From an uncultured Clostridia bacterium (GTDB lineage Bacteria > Bacillota > Clostridia > Christensenellales > CAG-138), in the NCBI GenBank assembly GCA_947166925.1, contig CAMVGD010000005.1, forward strand, positions 425 to 64,424: 64,000 nt of DNA, written 5' to 3'. The position numbers and the translations under genes are program-made. The notes beneath the pieces are model-generated. The model was not told the origin of the DNA, made no database searches, and saw only the letters and a list, made by a program, of their open reading frames with translations. Shown here piece by piece: positions 46,266-55,344 of the stretch (its first letter is position 1; every line of letters starts with the position of its first letter).

Positions 46266-47723
46266 ATGAAGCATTTACGCAGTATCATCATTTGCATTCT
46301 GATCGCGCTGCTGACGGCGTCGGTCCTGCCCGTGTACGCGGATTCGGAGAAGGCGGAGAACCTGACCGGCAAGTGCAGCTTTGACTTCGGCAGCTACAGG
46401 AACGCGCGGGGACGCGTGCTGGTCGATCCGGCGCACTACCAGATCTTTCAGCCGGGCGATTCCTTTTCCCTGACCTGGAAGGAGACGCTCGACGGAGCGC
46501 GCCTGTGCCTGACCTGGCAGGCTGCGCCGCACGGCGTCAGCGTCCTGCAGTACGACGAGGCGGACACGCTTCTGAAAACGGACGTGATCGATTGGTTCCA
46601 TGAGACCGCGACGCCGCTGCTGCCGAATGCGCGCAAGGCGGTCGTGCAGGCGGGTGACGCCGAAATGCGGGTCCGCTTCTGCGCCGTTTACGGCGCGGGC
46701 GAGCTGCCCGAGGTTTTCCATGCATGGCAGGAAACGCCGGATCATCTCGATTATCTGCTGATCTCGACGCATCCGGACGACGACGTGCTGTTCCTCGGCA
46801 GCATCCCGCCGACCTACGGCGCGGAGCAGGGATACGTCGGCACGGTCGCGTACGTGACGAAAATGCGGGACGAGAACGAGGGACGCATCCGCATCAGCGA
46901 AGCGGAGAACGCCGTCTGGGCGATGGGCGTGCGGTATTATCCCGTGTTCATCAATATGCCGGACGTCGCCGATTCCTCGTCGCAGGATAAGAAAAAGCTG
47001 TTTCGCTACGACGAGCTGCTTCTGAATCTCGTCCGCGTCTACCGTGAGCTGCGCCCGCTCGTCGTGTTCGCGCAGGACACGGAGGGGGAGTACGGACACT
47101 GGCAGCACAAGCTCGTCTCGAAGGCCTCGCGCGAGGCGTTCACGCTTGCGGCGGATCCGACCTTCGATCCGGAATCCGCGGAGGAATACGGCACATGGCA
47201 GGTGCAGAAGCTGTTCCTGCATCTCTATGCGGACAATCCGATCCTGGTCGACTCGCATACGCCGCTGTCGTTCTTCGACGGCAAAAACGCGTTTGAGGTC
47301 GCATGCGAAGCGTATACGAAGCATGAATCGCAGCAGCGTATGTGGTTCAGGGTCGAACAGGACGACGACCGGTATGCGTTCAACCGGTTCGGCATGGCGG
47401 AGGGCGTCGTGCCGGTCGGGGAGGACGTGTTCGACAACATCGACGAAACGCTTTTCTGCGGCTATACGCCGCCGACCCCGGAACCCACGGAGGAGCCGAC
47501 CCAGGAACCCACGGAGGAACCGACGCCGGAGCCCACGGAGGAACCGGCGCCTTCCGCGGAGCCGACCGCCGCGCCCGAAACGCCCGCGGCGACGCAGGCG
47601 CCCACGACCCCGGAACCGGTCAGGTCGGACAGTACGATACCGATCGTGCTCTGCGCGGCGGGCGTCGTTTCGGCGGCGCTGCTGATCCTGCTTCTCGTGC
47701 TGAAGAAGCGGAACGCGCGGTAA
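46266..47723 (+). CDS. Secreted PIG-L/LmbE-family deacetylase with a PT linker and a C-terminal TM anchor
   Basis: The motif LLISTHPDDDVLFLG, a signal peptide, a PT-rich segment and a terminal hydrophobic helix are present. Confidence 0.75.
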   Translation: MKHLRSIIICILIALLTASVLPVYADSEKAENLTGKCSFDFGSYRNARGRVLVDPAHYQIFQPGDSFSLTWKETLDGARLCLTWQAAPHGVSVLQYDEADTLLKTDVIDWFHETATPLLPNARKAVVQAGDAEMRVRFCAVYGAGELPEVFHAWQETPDHLDYLLISTHPDDDVLFLGSIPPTYGAEQGYVGTVAYVTKMRDENEGRIRISEAENAVWAMGVRYYPVFINMPDVADSSSQDKKKLFRYDELLLNLVRVYRELRPLVVFAQDTEGEYGHWQHKLVSKASREAFTLAADPTFDPESAEEYGTWQVQKLFLHLYADNPILVDSHTPLSFFDGKNAFEVACEAYTKHESQQRMWFRVEQDDDRYAFNRFGMAEGVVPVGEDVFDNIDETLFCGYTPPTPEPTEEPTQEPTEEPTPEPTEEPAPSAEPTAAPETPAATQAPTTPEPVRSDSTIPIVLCAAGVVSAALLILLLVLKKRNAR

Positions 47724-47772
47724 AAGTCGGTTTTACGGTTATTTTGCATCAAAAACGGTTATCCTGCTGTGT

Positions 47773-49206
47773 ATGAAGCACATTCGCATTCTGTTCATCT
47801 GCATCCTGATCCTGCTTTTCGGCGCGCCGGTCCTGCCGGCGCGTGCGGACGTGCTGCAGGCGGAGGACCTGACCGAAGGGTTTCGCTTTGATTTCGGCAG
47901 GTATGCGAATGCGGCGGAACGCGTTCTGCACGACAGGGAACGGTATCAGACCTTTCAGGAGGGCGAGTCCTTTTCTCTCGCATGGGACGCGCCGTGCGTG
48001 GACGCGCGGCTGTGCCTGTCGTGGCAGGAGCCGCCGGAGAACGTCTGCGTTCTGCAGTATGCCGCGGACGGCGAGACCCTCGGACGGGAGACGCTCGTTC
48101 CGCATCCGGATTCGATCGTGCCGCTGCTGCCGGAAGCGCGCCGGGTCGTCGTGCAGAGCGGTGAAGCCGGCATGAAGGTCCTGTTCTGCGCGGTGTACGG
48201 CGCGGGCGAGCTGCCCGAGCCGTTCCATGCATGGCAGGAGACGCCGGATCATCTGGATTATCTGCTGATCTCGACGCATCCGGACGACGACGTGCTCTTT
48301 CTGGGCAGCATCGTGCCGACCTACGGCGCCGAGCGGGGCTACGTCGGCTCGATCGCCTATGTGACCTGCCAGTACCGCATCCGCGCGGACGAGGCGGAGA
48401 ACGGCGCATGGACGATGGGCTTAAGATACCGCCCCGTGTTCCTCGGCATGAAGGACGTCCGCAACGGCGCGCCGAGCGAGGAAAAAGCCGCGTTCCGCTA
48501 CGACGACCTGCTGATCAACACCGTTCGTACATTCCGGAAGCTGCGTCCGCTCGTCGTGTTTGCGCAGGATCTGAACGGCGAGTACGGACACTGGCAGCAT
48601 AAGCTGACGGCAAAGGCCGCGCGCGAGGCGTTTTCGCTTGCGGCGGACCCGGCATTCGATCCGGAATCCGCGGACGAATACGGCACATGGCAGGTGCAGA
48701 AGCTGTATCTGCATCTGTTCCCGAAAAACAAGCTGACGGTCGACGCGCACGCGCCGCTTTCGGCCTTCGACGGCAGAGACGCCTTCGAGGTCGCCTGCGA
48801 AGCGTATCTGAAGCACGCTTCGCAGCAGCGCTACCGGTTCAAGGTGCGCAGAGACAGCGGGAAGTATGCCTTCAATCGCTTCGGCATGGCGGAGGGCGTC
48901 GTGCCGGTCGGGGAGGACGTATTCGACAACATCGACGAACGGCTGCTGTTCAACTACGTCGAACCGACGCCTGCGCCGACGGCCGCGCCGACGCCGAAGA
49001 TCACGGCAGAGCCGACGAAGACCGCCGATCCGCCGAAGCCGACGGACGCGCCGCCGACGCCCGAACCTGCGCCCGAAACGCCCGCGCCGGATCTTTCGCC
49101 GCTCATCACGATCGGCGCAGTCACCGTTTTCGCTTCGGCCGCCGTCGGCGTCGTCGCGTATTTCTGGAAGAAACGGCAGCTCCGAAAGCATCCGCCGGAG
49201 GAGTGA
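47773..49206 (+). CDS. Secreted PIG-L/LmbE-family deacetylase (tandem paralog)
   Basis: It has the same architecture and the identical LLISTHPDDDVLFLG block. Confidence 0.75.
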   Translation: MKHIRILFICILILLFGAPVLPARADVLQAEDLTEGFRFDFGRYANAAERVLHDRERYQTFQEGESFSLAWDAPCVDARLCLSWQEPPENVCVLQYAADGETLGRETLVPHPDSIVPLLPEARRVVVQSGEAGMKVLFCAVYGAGELPEPFHAWQETPDHLDYLLISTHPDDDVLFLGSIVPTYGAERGYVGSIAYVTCQYRIRADEAENGAWTMGLRYRPVFLGMKDVRNGAPSEEKAAFRYDDLLINTVRTFRKLRPLVVFAQDLNGEYGHWQHKLTAKAAREAFSLAADPAFDPESADEYGTWQVQKLYLHLFPKNKLTVDAHAPLSAFDGRDAFEVACEAYLKHASQQRYRFKVRRDSGKYAFNRFGMAEGVVPVGEDVFDNIDERLLFNYVEPTPAPTAAPTPKITAEPTKTADPPKPTDAPPTPEPAPETPAPDLSPLITIGAVTVFASAAVGVVAYFWKKRQLRKHPPEE

Positions 49207-49229
49207 CCGGATCGTATTGCGATACACAG

Positions 49230-49511
49230 GGGATGTTAAGAAAGTGCTCAGCATTTCTTAACATCCCTATGAATTGCAGCATGGCTGCATGAATTGGCTT
49301 CGCCGTGAATTGCACTGCGCGCATGAATAGACAACTTCGTTGTCATTGATGAAGGTTTTCCGGACGGAAAACCAACCTTCATGACGGCTCCGCCGTCAAT
49401 TCATGCGCCGCAAGGCGCAATTCATGTCCAAAGGACAATTCACGGAGCGAAGCGAGAATTCATAAAGAGGGTGTTAAGAAAACGTGTTGCGTTTCTTAAC
49501 ACCCCTTTTTT
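49230..49511. repeat. Composite palindromic element of two GTTAAGAAA hairpins enclosing 4+4 ATGAATTG/CAATTCAT motifs
   Basis: Hairpin 1 spans 49230-49267. Forward motifs lie at 49269, 49289, 49305 and 49323. A central bulged hairpin spans 49347-49384. Inverted motifs lie at 49397, 49418, 49436 and 49456. Hairpin 2 spans 49469-49504 and is followed by T6. Confidence 0.7.
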
Positions 49512-49612
49512 CGCGTATTGTTTTCACAGAAATTACATTTTGATTACATCCGTTCGTCCCGCGTGTGCGCGAAATATGGTAAACTTTAGACAACGAATCG
49601 AAGGAGAATGCT

Positions 49613-50278
49613 ATGAAGAACAGGATTCTTGTGGTGGAGGACGACGCGGCGATCCGCGACGCCGTGCTTCTGAACCTGCAGTTTGCGGATTACGACGCTG
49701 TCGCGTTTGATGACGGCAGAAAGGCGGCGGACGCGCTCGAAGAAGATCACGCGTTCGACCTTGCGCTTCTGGACATCATGCTGCCGGGGATGGACGGATT
49801 CGAGCTGTTTTCGATCATGGAGCGGTTCGGGATCCCCGTGATCTACATGACCGCAAAGACCGATTCCGCGTCCGAGATCAAGGGGCTTCGCGACGGCGCG
49901 GAGGACTACATCGTCAAGCCGTTCGATCCTTTGACGTTGATGGTGCGCATCGAGAAGACTTTGAAACGCCTCGGCAAGTGGAACGCCGTCTATCGCTTTC
50001 GCGATATCGTCGTGAACACCGAAACGCATACGGTGACGAAGGGCGGTGAGCCGGTCGTGCTGCAGCCGCTCGAGTTTGACGTGTTCGTCGCGCTTTTAAG
50101 GCACAAAAATATGACCGTCTCGCGCGAGCGGCTTCTTTCGGAGGTATGGGGCTTCGACTATCTCGGCGAAACGCGCATGGTCGACGTCAAGATCTCCGCG
50201 CTGCGCCGAAAGCTCGATCTCGAAGATGCGATCCGCTCGATCCCGAAGCTCGGCTATCGGCTGGAGGACGAACGATGA
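49613..50278 (+). CDS. OmpR-family response regulator
   Basis: It has a receiver domain (ILVVEDD...DIMLPGMDG) and a winged-helix output domain (LEFDVFVALL...GYRL). Confidence 0.9.
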   Translation: MKNRILVVEDDAAIRDAVLLNLQFADYDAVAFDDGRKAADALEEDHAFDLALLDIMLPGMDGFELFSIMERFGIPVIYMTAKTDSASEIKGLRDGAEDYIVKPFDPLTLMVRIEKTLKRLGKWNAVYRFRDIVVNTETHTVTKGGEPVVLQPLEFDVFVALLRHKNMTVSRERLLSEVWGFDYLGETRMVDVKISALRRKLDLEDAIRSIPKLGYRLEDER

Positions 50279-51657
50279 AGCTTTCCAAACGTATTGCGCT
50301 GCTCGTTTCGATCGTACTCGCCGCGGTCATCGTCGGCGTATCGCTGTCGCTGCTGCTGTTTGCAAGGAATACGATCCTGTCGCTGTCGACGGAGCAGGTG
50401 CAGCGGAAGCAGAGGACGCTGCGCACGTCATTTTCCGAAATGGCGAACTATTACGCCCGCGGCGACGATTCTGAAGCCGTGCACGATTCGCTCATACAGT
50501 ACTGCTTCACACGGTTTTCGGATCAGACGTCCGTGCTGATGCGCGACGGCAAGCCGGTCTATACCGGCGTGACGGTCGATCCGTCCGCTTACATCCCGAT
50601 CGACACCGAACCGTACAACGACGGAACGCCGGTCGCGGTCAGGACGCAGGGCAGAAACCTTCTGATCGCCGGCAGCAGGGTCACGGTCAACGAACGGTCC
50701 TATGACGTTTACGTCGTCGAGGACGTCACGGACGTCTATACCCGCATCCGGCGCATGGCGTGGATCTTTGCGGGCGTGAGCCTTTCTGCGATCGCGCTCG
50801 GCGCAGGCGCCGTTACTCTGCTTGTCCGGCGCAGCACGAGACCGATCATGGCGCTTTCCGACGCTGCGAGGGAGATCGCCGACGGCGCGTACGAGAAGCG
50901 CGCCGACGTCAAGACAAAGGACGAGATCGGAACGCTCGGCGCGGATTTCAACCGTATGGCGGAAGCGGTCGAGACGAAGATCTCGGAGCTCGAGGAGCGC
51001 AACGAGCGGCAGCGGCTGTTCATCGGCGGCGTCACGCACGAGTTCAAAACGCCGATGACGGGGCTTTTGCTCCACGCGGGACTGCTGCGCCGCGCGAACC
51101 TGAGTGAGCAGGAGCGCGACGCGTCGCTTGCGCATATCGAGGCGCAGACGGCATGGCTTGAACGGCTGACGCAGAACCTTCTGAAGCTCACGACATCCGA
51201 CGAGGAGATCGAACTGCAGCCCGTCCATATCCCGGATATTCTGGACGCGGTCAAAGACGGCGTCAAACCGAAGCTCGACGCATGCGGCGCCGTGCTTTCC
51301 GTGCGCTGCGAAACGGATACGCTCACACTGAATCCAGATTTGATACACTCCCTTCTCAACAATCTGATCGTCAACGCGGCGAACGCCTACGACGCGGACG
51401 CGCCCGAAAAGCCGATCGTGCTTTCCGTCACCGGCAGGACGTTCTCGGTCTCCGATCGCGGGCGGGGCATTCCGAAGGAGGTACAGGACCGCATCTTCGA
51501 GCCGTTCTTCCGCGTGGACAAGAGCCGCAGCAAGAAGCAGGGCGGCAGCGGTCTCGGGCTCGCGCTCGTCAAAACGATCGCCGACGCGCACGGAGCGACG
51601 ATCACCGTGGACAGCGAACCCGGCAAGGGTACGACGGTTTCCGTTACGCTGCCGTAG
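50275..51657 (+). CDS. Sensor histidine kinase (2 TM, HAMP, HisKA, HATPase_c)
   Basis: The H-box is HEFKTPMT. The N/G boxes are NLIVNAANA, DRGRGI and GGSGLGLALV. Its start overlaps the RR stop (ATGA). Confidence 0.9.
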   Translation: MKLSKRIALLVSIVLAAVIVGVSLSLLLFARNTILSLSTEQVQRKQRTLRTSFSEMANYYARGDDSEAVHDSLIQYCFTRFSDQTSVLMRDGKPVYTGVTVDPSAYIPIDTEPYNDGTPVAVRTQGRNLLIAGSRVTVNERSYDVYVVEDVTDVYTRIRRMAWIFAGVSLSAIALGAGAVTLLVRRSTRPIMALSDAAREIADGAYEKRADVKTKDEIGTLGADFNRMAEAVETKISELEERNERQRLFIGGVTHEFKTPMTGLLLHAGLLRRANLSEQERDASLAHIEAQTAWLERLTQNLLKLTTSDEEIELQPVHIPDILDAVKDGVKPKLDACGAVLSVRCETDTLTLNPDLIHSLLNNLIVNAANAYDADAPEKPIVLSVTGRTFSVSDRGRGIPKEVQDRIFEPFFRVDKSRSKKQGGSGLGLALVKTIADAHGATITVDSEPGKGTTVSVTLP

Positions 51658-51672
51658 GCATATGCGCACAGC

Positions 51673-51835
51673 GCAATGCATGTGCGGAGCACAATTCACG
51701 GCGCAGCCAATTCATGCACAACGGGCAATTCATGCGGCTGCACCGCAATTCATTCCAATATCGATAACGGATCAATTGCATTCGGCATGAATTGACCTTA
51801 CGGTCATGAATGGATCATTGATCGTCCGAATTGCT
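51673..51835. repeat. Second array of the CAATTCAT/ATGAATTG motif
   Basis: CAATGCAT lies at 51673 and CAATTCAC at 51692. CAATTCAT lies at 51708, 51726 and 51746. Then come ATGAATTG at 51787, ATGAATGG at 51806 and CGAATTGC at 51828. Confidence 0.65.
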
Positions 51836-51971
51836 GCTTCGGCGGACGTGCAATGCACGTCCCTACAAATGATACCATGACGCAACTTGATTACACTTTC
51901 ATTACATTTTGGTGATGTTTTTTGCATCGGCGGGCGCTATGCTGAAGGCAGAAAGGGAAAGGAGAAACCCC

Positions 51972-53534
51972 ATGAAAAAACATGTTTTCATCATTCTGCT
52001 TGCAGCGCTGCTGCTTTTTGTCGCCTGCCAGCCGACGCCGGAAAGTCCGATCGTGATCGGAAAGGACAACGAGGCAATGATCGAAAAAGCGAAGGAGACG
52101 AGCGCACCCGTACCGGTCGGGACCGCATTACGGGAGCAGCTCGGCTGTCCGGAAGTGTTTTCGGTTTCGATTGCCGATGAAGCGAAAAAGATCAGGATCA
52201 CCGGCGAAGCCCCGATCATGCTGCCGGATACGGATGCAATGCCGCTTCTGTACGTGCAGGCGGGCAGATTCGGTCAGGAACAGGTATACGCTTTCTTCCG
52301 CACGCTTACCGCTGGGCAGGAAATGTACGAGCTCCCGACCGCTACGCCCAAAGAATACATTGCGAAACACATTCAGGAGGAACAGGAACAGTTGGATCAG
52401 CTCTTAGCGGACGGCAAGGGCGAGGACGACTTTGAGGTCCGCGCATACCGGGAGAACATCCAGGCGCTTGAGAAGGAGTATCAGACGGCGCCCGAAACGG
52501 TTGCGCTCGTGCCGAACGACGGCACGCTGAAGCCATACGAATACACGTTTGCGGGCAAGCAGCGCGGAACGGGAACCTCGGTTCTGGCGATCGGCAAGCC
52601 CTTTACAAACGAAGGCAGCTGGTTTCAGGTGACCAACGACGCCGATTATGCCGACGCAGGCAGCTATACCTTTATCGACGAGGACGGCAACGAGCAGTCT
52701 TTATCGCCCATGAGTTCGTCCAATCTGGAGTATGCCCGGGAGAGCGGTCATATGGTCGGCTCTTATACCGGGAGTACCGCCCTGCTGGACGTCACCGGGC
52801 AAAGCGAAACCGGTGAAGCCGCCGTGCTTCCGGACGGAGTCATGATAACTGGGTATTTGGAGCCGGAAACCCTGCTTCTTTCCGTCACGCCCGCCGAAGC
52901 CAGACGGCAGGCGGAAACGCTGATGCAGGAATGCGGGGTGACGGATATGTTCGTGGACGGCGTATATCTTCTGACCGATCGGCAGCATATCGATCCCGAA
53001 TGGTGGCGGGAGGAAGACCTTGCGGAACTGCGCGCCAAGCCCGAGCAACAGGTATACGCCGTGCGTTTCTTGCGGCAGGCGGAAGGCGTTCCGGTGGAAG
53101 GCTATTTCGGCGCCAGCCAGGCGCGGACCGACGACAGCGGCTACGGACCGGAGTGGTTTTATGAGGTGCTGGAGGTTGGCGTCGACGACGGCGGCATACA
53201 GTCCGTATACTGGGTCGCGCCGCTGACGACGGAATCCGTCATCACCGATCACGCCGCGCTCCTGCCGTTTTCCGACGTGCGCGGGATCTTTGAAAAGATG
53301 CTGCCCGTACGCTATGCAAACTATGCGGCGGATCTGGAATGGGATATCGAAATCGAGGAGGTACGGCTGTGCCTGTGGCGTATCTTTGATCGGAATTCCT
53401 TTACCCGCGGAATTCTGGTCCCGGCATGGTGCTTCTACGGCAGGATCAACGGGGACAGCGGCACCGAGTTTCAGCCGATCCTGATCGTCAACGCCGTCGA
53501 CGGCACAATCATCGACCCGCTGCTCGGATACTGA
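51972..53534 (+). CDS. Lipoprotein, paralog 1 of 3 (PepSY-like C-terminus)
   Basis: It has the lipobox LLFVACQPTP and the C-terminal motif NAVDGTIIDPLLGY. Confidence 0.65.
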   Translation: MKKHVFIILLAALLLFVACQPTPESPIVIGKDNEAMIEKAKETSAPVPVGTALREQLGCPEVFSVSIADEAKKIRITGEAPIMLPDTDAMPLLYVQAGRFGQEQVYAFFRTLTAGQEMYELPTATPKEYIAKHIQEEQEQLDQLLADGKGEDDFEVRAYRENIQALEKEYQTAPETVALVPNDGTLKPYEYTFAGKQRGTGTSVLAIGKPFTNEGSWFQVTNDADYADAGSYTFIDEDGNEQSLSPMSSSNLEYARESGHMVGSYTGSTALLDVTGQSETGEAAVLPDGVMITGYLEPETLLLSVTPAEARRQAETLMQECGVTDMFVDGVYLLTDRQHIDPEWWREEDLAELRAKPEQQVYAVRFLRQAEGVPVEGYFGASQARTDDSGYGPEWFYEVLEVGVDDGGIQSVYWVAPLTTESVITDHAALLPFSDVRGIFEKMLPVRYANYAADLEWDIEIEEVRLCLWRIFDRNSFTRGILVPAWCFYGRINGDSGTEFQPILIVNAVDGTIIDPLLGY

Positions 53535-53616
53535 GCGGGGCTTACCCAAACGATGTGCAACAACTCTGCGGGGCGCCGGGGACGTCGCCCCCTACTGCGC
53601 GGCAACATCAGATTCG

Positions 53617-53686
53617 TGTCATCCTGAACCGCGAAGCGCGAAGGATCTTAAAGATGCTTCGTCATGATATTCCTCAGCATGACACA
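53617..53686 (+). repeat. 70-nt nested-hairpin intergenic element, copy 1
   Basis: GTGTCATCCTGA...CGAAGGATCTT-A-AAGATGCTTCG...TCAGCATGACAC. Confidence 0.6.
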
Positions 53687-53701
53687 TGAACGGAGGTATT
53701 T

Positions 53702-55222
53702 ATGAAACGCATCATTTCCATGTTTTTGTTTTTATTGCTTCTTGTCGCCTGTCAGCCGACGCCGGACAAGCCCGCCGTGATGCAGAAAAGCTTCGACCGG
53801 CTGATCGAGCAGGCGAAGACGACCCCTGACCCAAAGATTGGGGAGGACACCGTAAAGGCGGAAGCGCATCCGACCGCACAAGGCCCGGACACGGCGACGT
53901 CCGCCGGACCCGAAGCGACCGAGACGCCGCAGGGCGAGCACATTCAGGAGACTTTTACCGGCAGAAGCGACACGTTTACGGTTTCGATCGACGCGGACGT
54001 CGAAAAGACAGAGCTTCCGATGCCGATCGTGCGCGTGTACCCGGGCGATATCGACGACGCTGCGGCGCAGCGGTTCTTCGACGTGCTGACGAAAGGGCAG
54101 AAGCTCTATACGGAAGAAGGGCTGAACTGCAAGCCCTACTATGACCGTCAGATTGCGATCGTGATGGAGGAGATCTCCTATATGGAGTCCATCAAGGACG
54201 ATCCGCTCTTTTCGCAGGAATCGCTCGATGACTCGAAGCATTACCTGCGTGAGCTGCAGAAAAAGCGCAAAAAAGCGCCGGACGAACCGGGCGCGCCGGT
54301 CGAAACGGTTCACCTCGAATATAACGTGCCGACCAAGTATACGGACTTCACGAGAGGCGACTTCAGCAGCATGAGCGAGGACGAGCAGATCCGTTTCGAT
54401 GTCTGCACAAATTGGAAGGGCGTAAAGAGCGACGCATTCAGCATGCGCGGTGCATGGATCGTCTATCAGAACGAGACGCCGCTGATCTTTGATCAAAAGC
54501 ATATAGAACGCGTATCCTGCGCCAGAGTGACCGGACAGACGACCAAGACGCCGGACAATCCGCTGACGATGACCCCGCGCGAGGCGGAGCAGAAGGCGGC
54601 GGAGATCGTCGGCGCGTGCGGTCTTACGGACATGGCGCCGACCGCAACGTGGCTTGTTTACATCAACACCGGGGACTACGGCTCGCCGGTCCGGAACCAC
54701 CCGGGAAACTATGTGTACGGGATCGAGTTTTCGCGGCTGGTGAACGGTGTGCCGGTCGCGCATCCGGCAGGCGAATCGTTCAGCGGGGACGAGGCGACGC
54801 CGCGCCCACGCTGGGTCTATGAATCCCTGTACATCGAAATCGGGAACGAAGGCATCGTGAATTTCAGCTATCGCGCGCCGCTGATCCTCGAGAATACGCT
54901 GGTCGAAAGCGCAGCGCTGATGCCGTTTTCCGAGATCATGGACATCTTCCGCAAGATGACGCCGGTGGTCTATGAATACGAATTGACGAATTCCGAGAAC
55001 CTCAAGCGGATCGAGATCAAGGTGGACCGGATCACGCTATCCTTGCAGCGCGTTGCCGAACAGGACAACATTGACAGCGGACTTCTGATCCCGGTCTGGA
55101 ATTTCTGGGGTGAACGAAACTATATCTATTCCGAAAGCACCTGGGATTGGGCACAGGGCGCGTCCCTGCTCAGCGTCAACGCGGTCGACGGCAGCATCAT
55201 CGACGCGAAGAAGGGATACTGA
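53702..55222 (+). CDS. Lipoprotein, paralog 2 of 3
   Basis: It has the lipobox LLLVACQPTP and the C-terminal motif NAVDGSIIDAKKGY. Confidence 0.65.
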   Translation: MKRIISMFLFLLLLVACQPTPDKPAVMQKSFDRLIEQAKTTPDPKIGEDTVKAEAHPTAQGPDTATSAGPEATETPQGEHIQETFTGRSDTFTVSIDADVEKTELPMPIVRVYPGDIDDAAAQRFFDVLTKGQKLYTEEGLNCKPYYDRQIAIVMEEISYMESIKDDPLFSQESLDDSKHYLRELQKKRKKAPDEPGAPVETVHLEYNVPTKYTDFTRGDFSSMSEDEQIRFDVCTNWKGVKSDAFSMRGAWIVYQNETPLIFDQKHIERVSCARVTGQTTKTPDNPLTMTPREAEQKAAEIVGACGLTDMAPTATWLVYINTGDYGSPVRNHPGNYVYGIEFSRLVNGVPVAHPAGESFSGDEATPRPRWVYESLYIEIGNEGIVNFSYRAPLILENTLVESAALMPFSEIMDIFRKMTPVVYEYELTNSENLKRIEIKVDRITLSLQRVAEQDNIDSGLLIPVWNFWGERNYIYSESTWDWAQGASLLSVNAVDGSIIDAKKGY

Positions 55223-55258
55223 GCGCGGAAACCGTCTTTCCGGACCGTGGAACAATAC

Positions 55259-55328
55259 GTGTCATCCTGAGCCGCGAAGCGCGAAGGATCTTAAAGATGC
55301 TTCGTCATGGCATTCCTCAGCATGACAC
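55259..55328 (+). repeat. 70-nt nested-hairpin intergenic element, copy 2
   Basis: It is nearly identical to 53617-53686. The following RBS and the signal-peptide codons are also duplicated. Confidence 0.6.
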
Positions 55329-55344
55329 AGGAACGGAGGTATTT

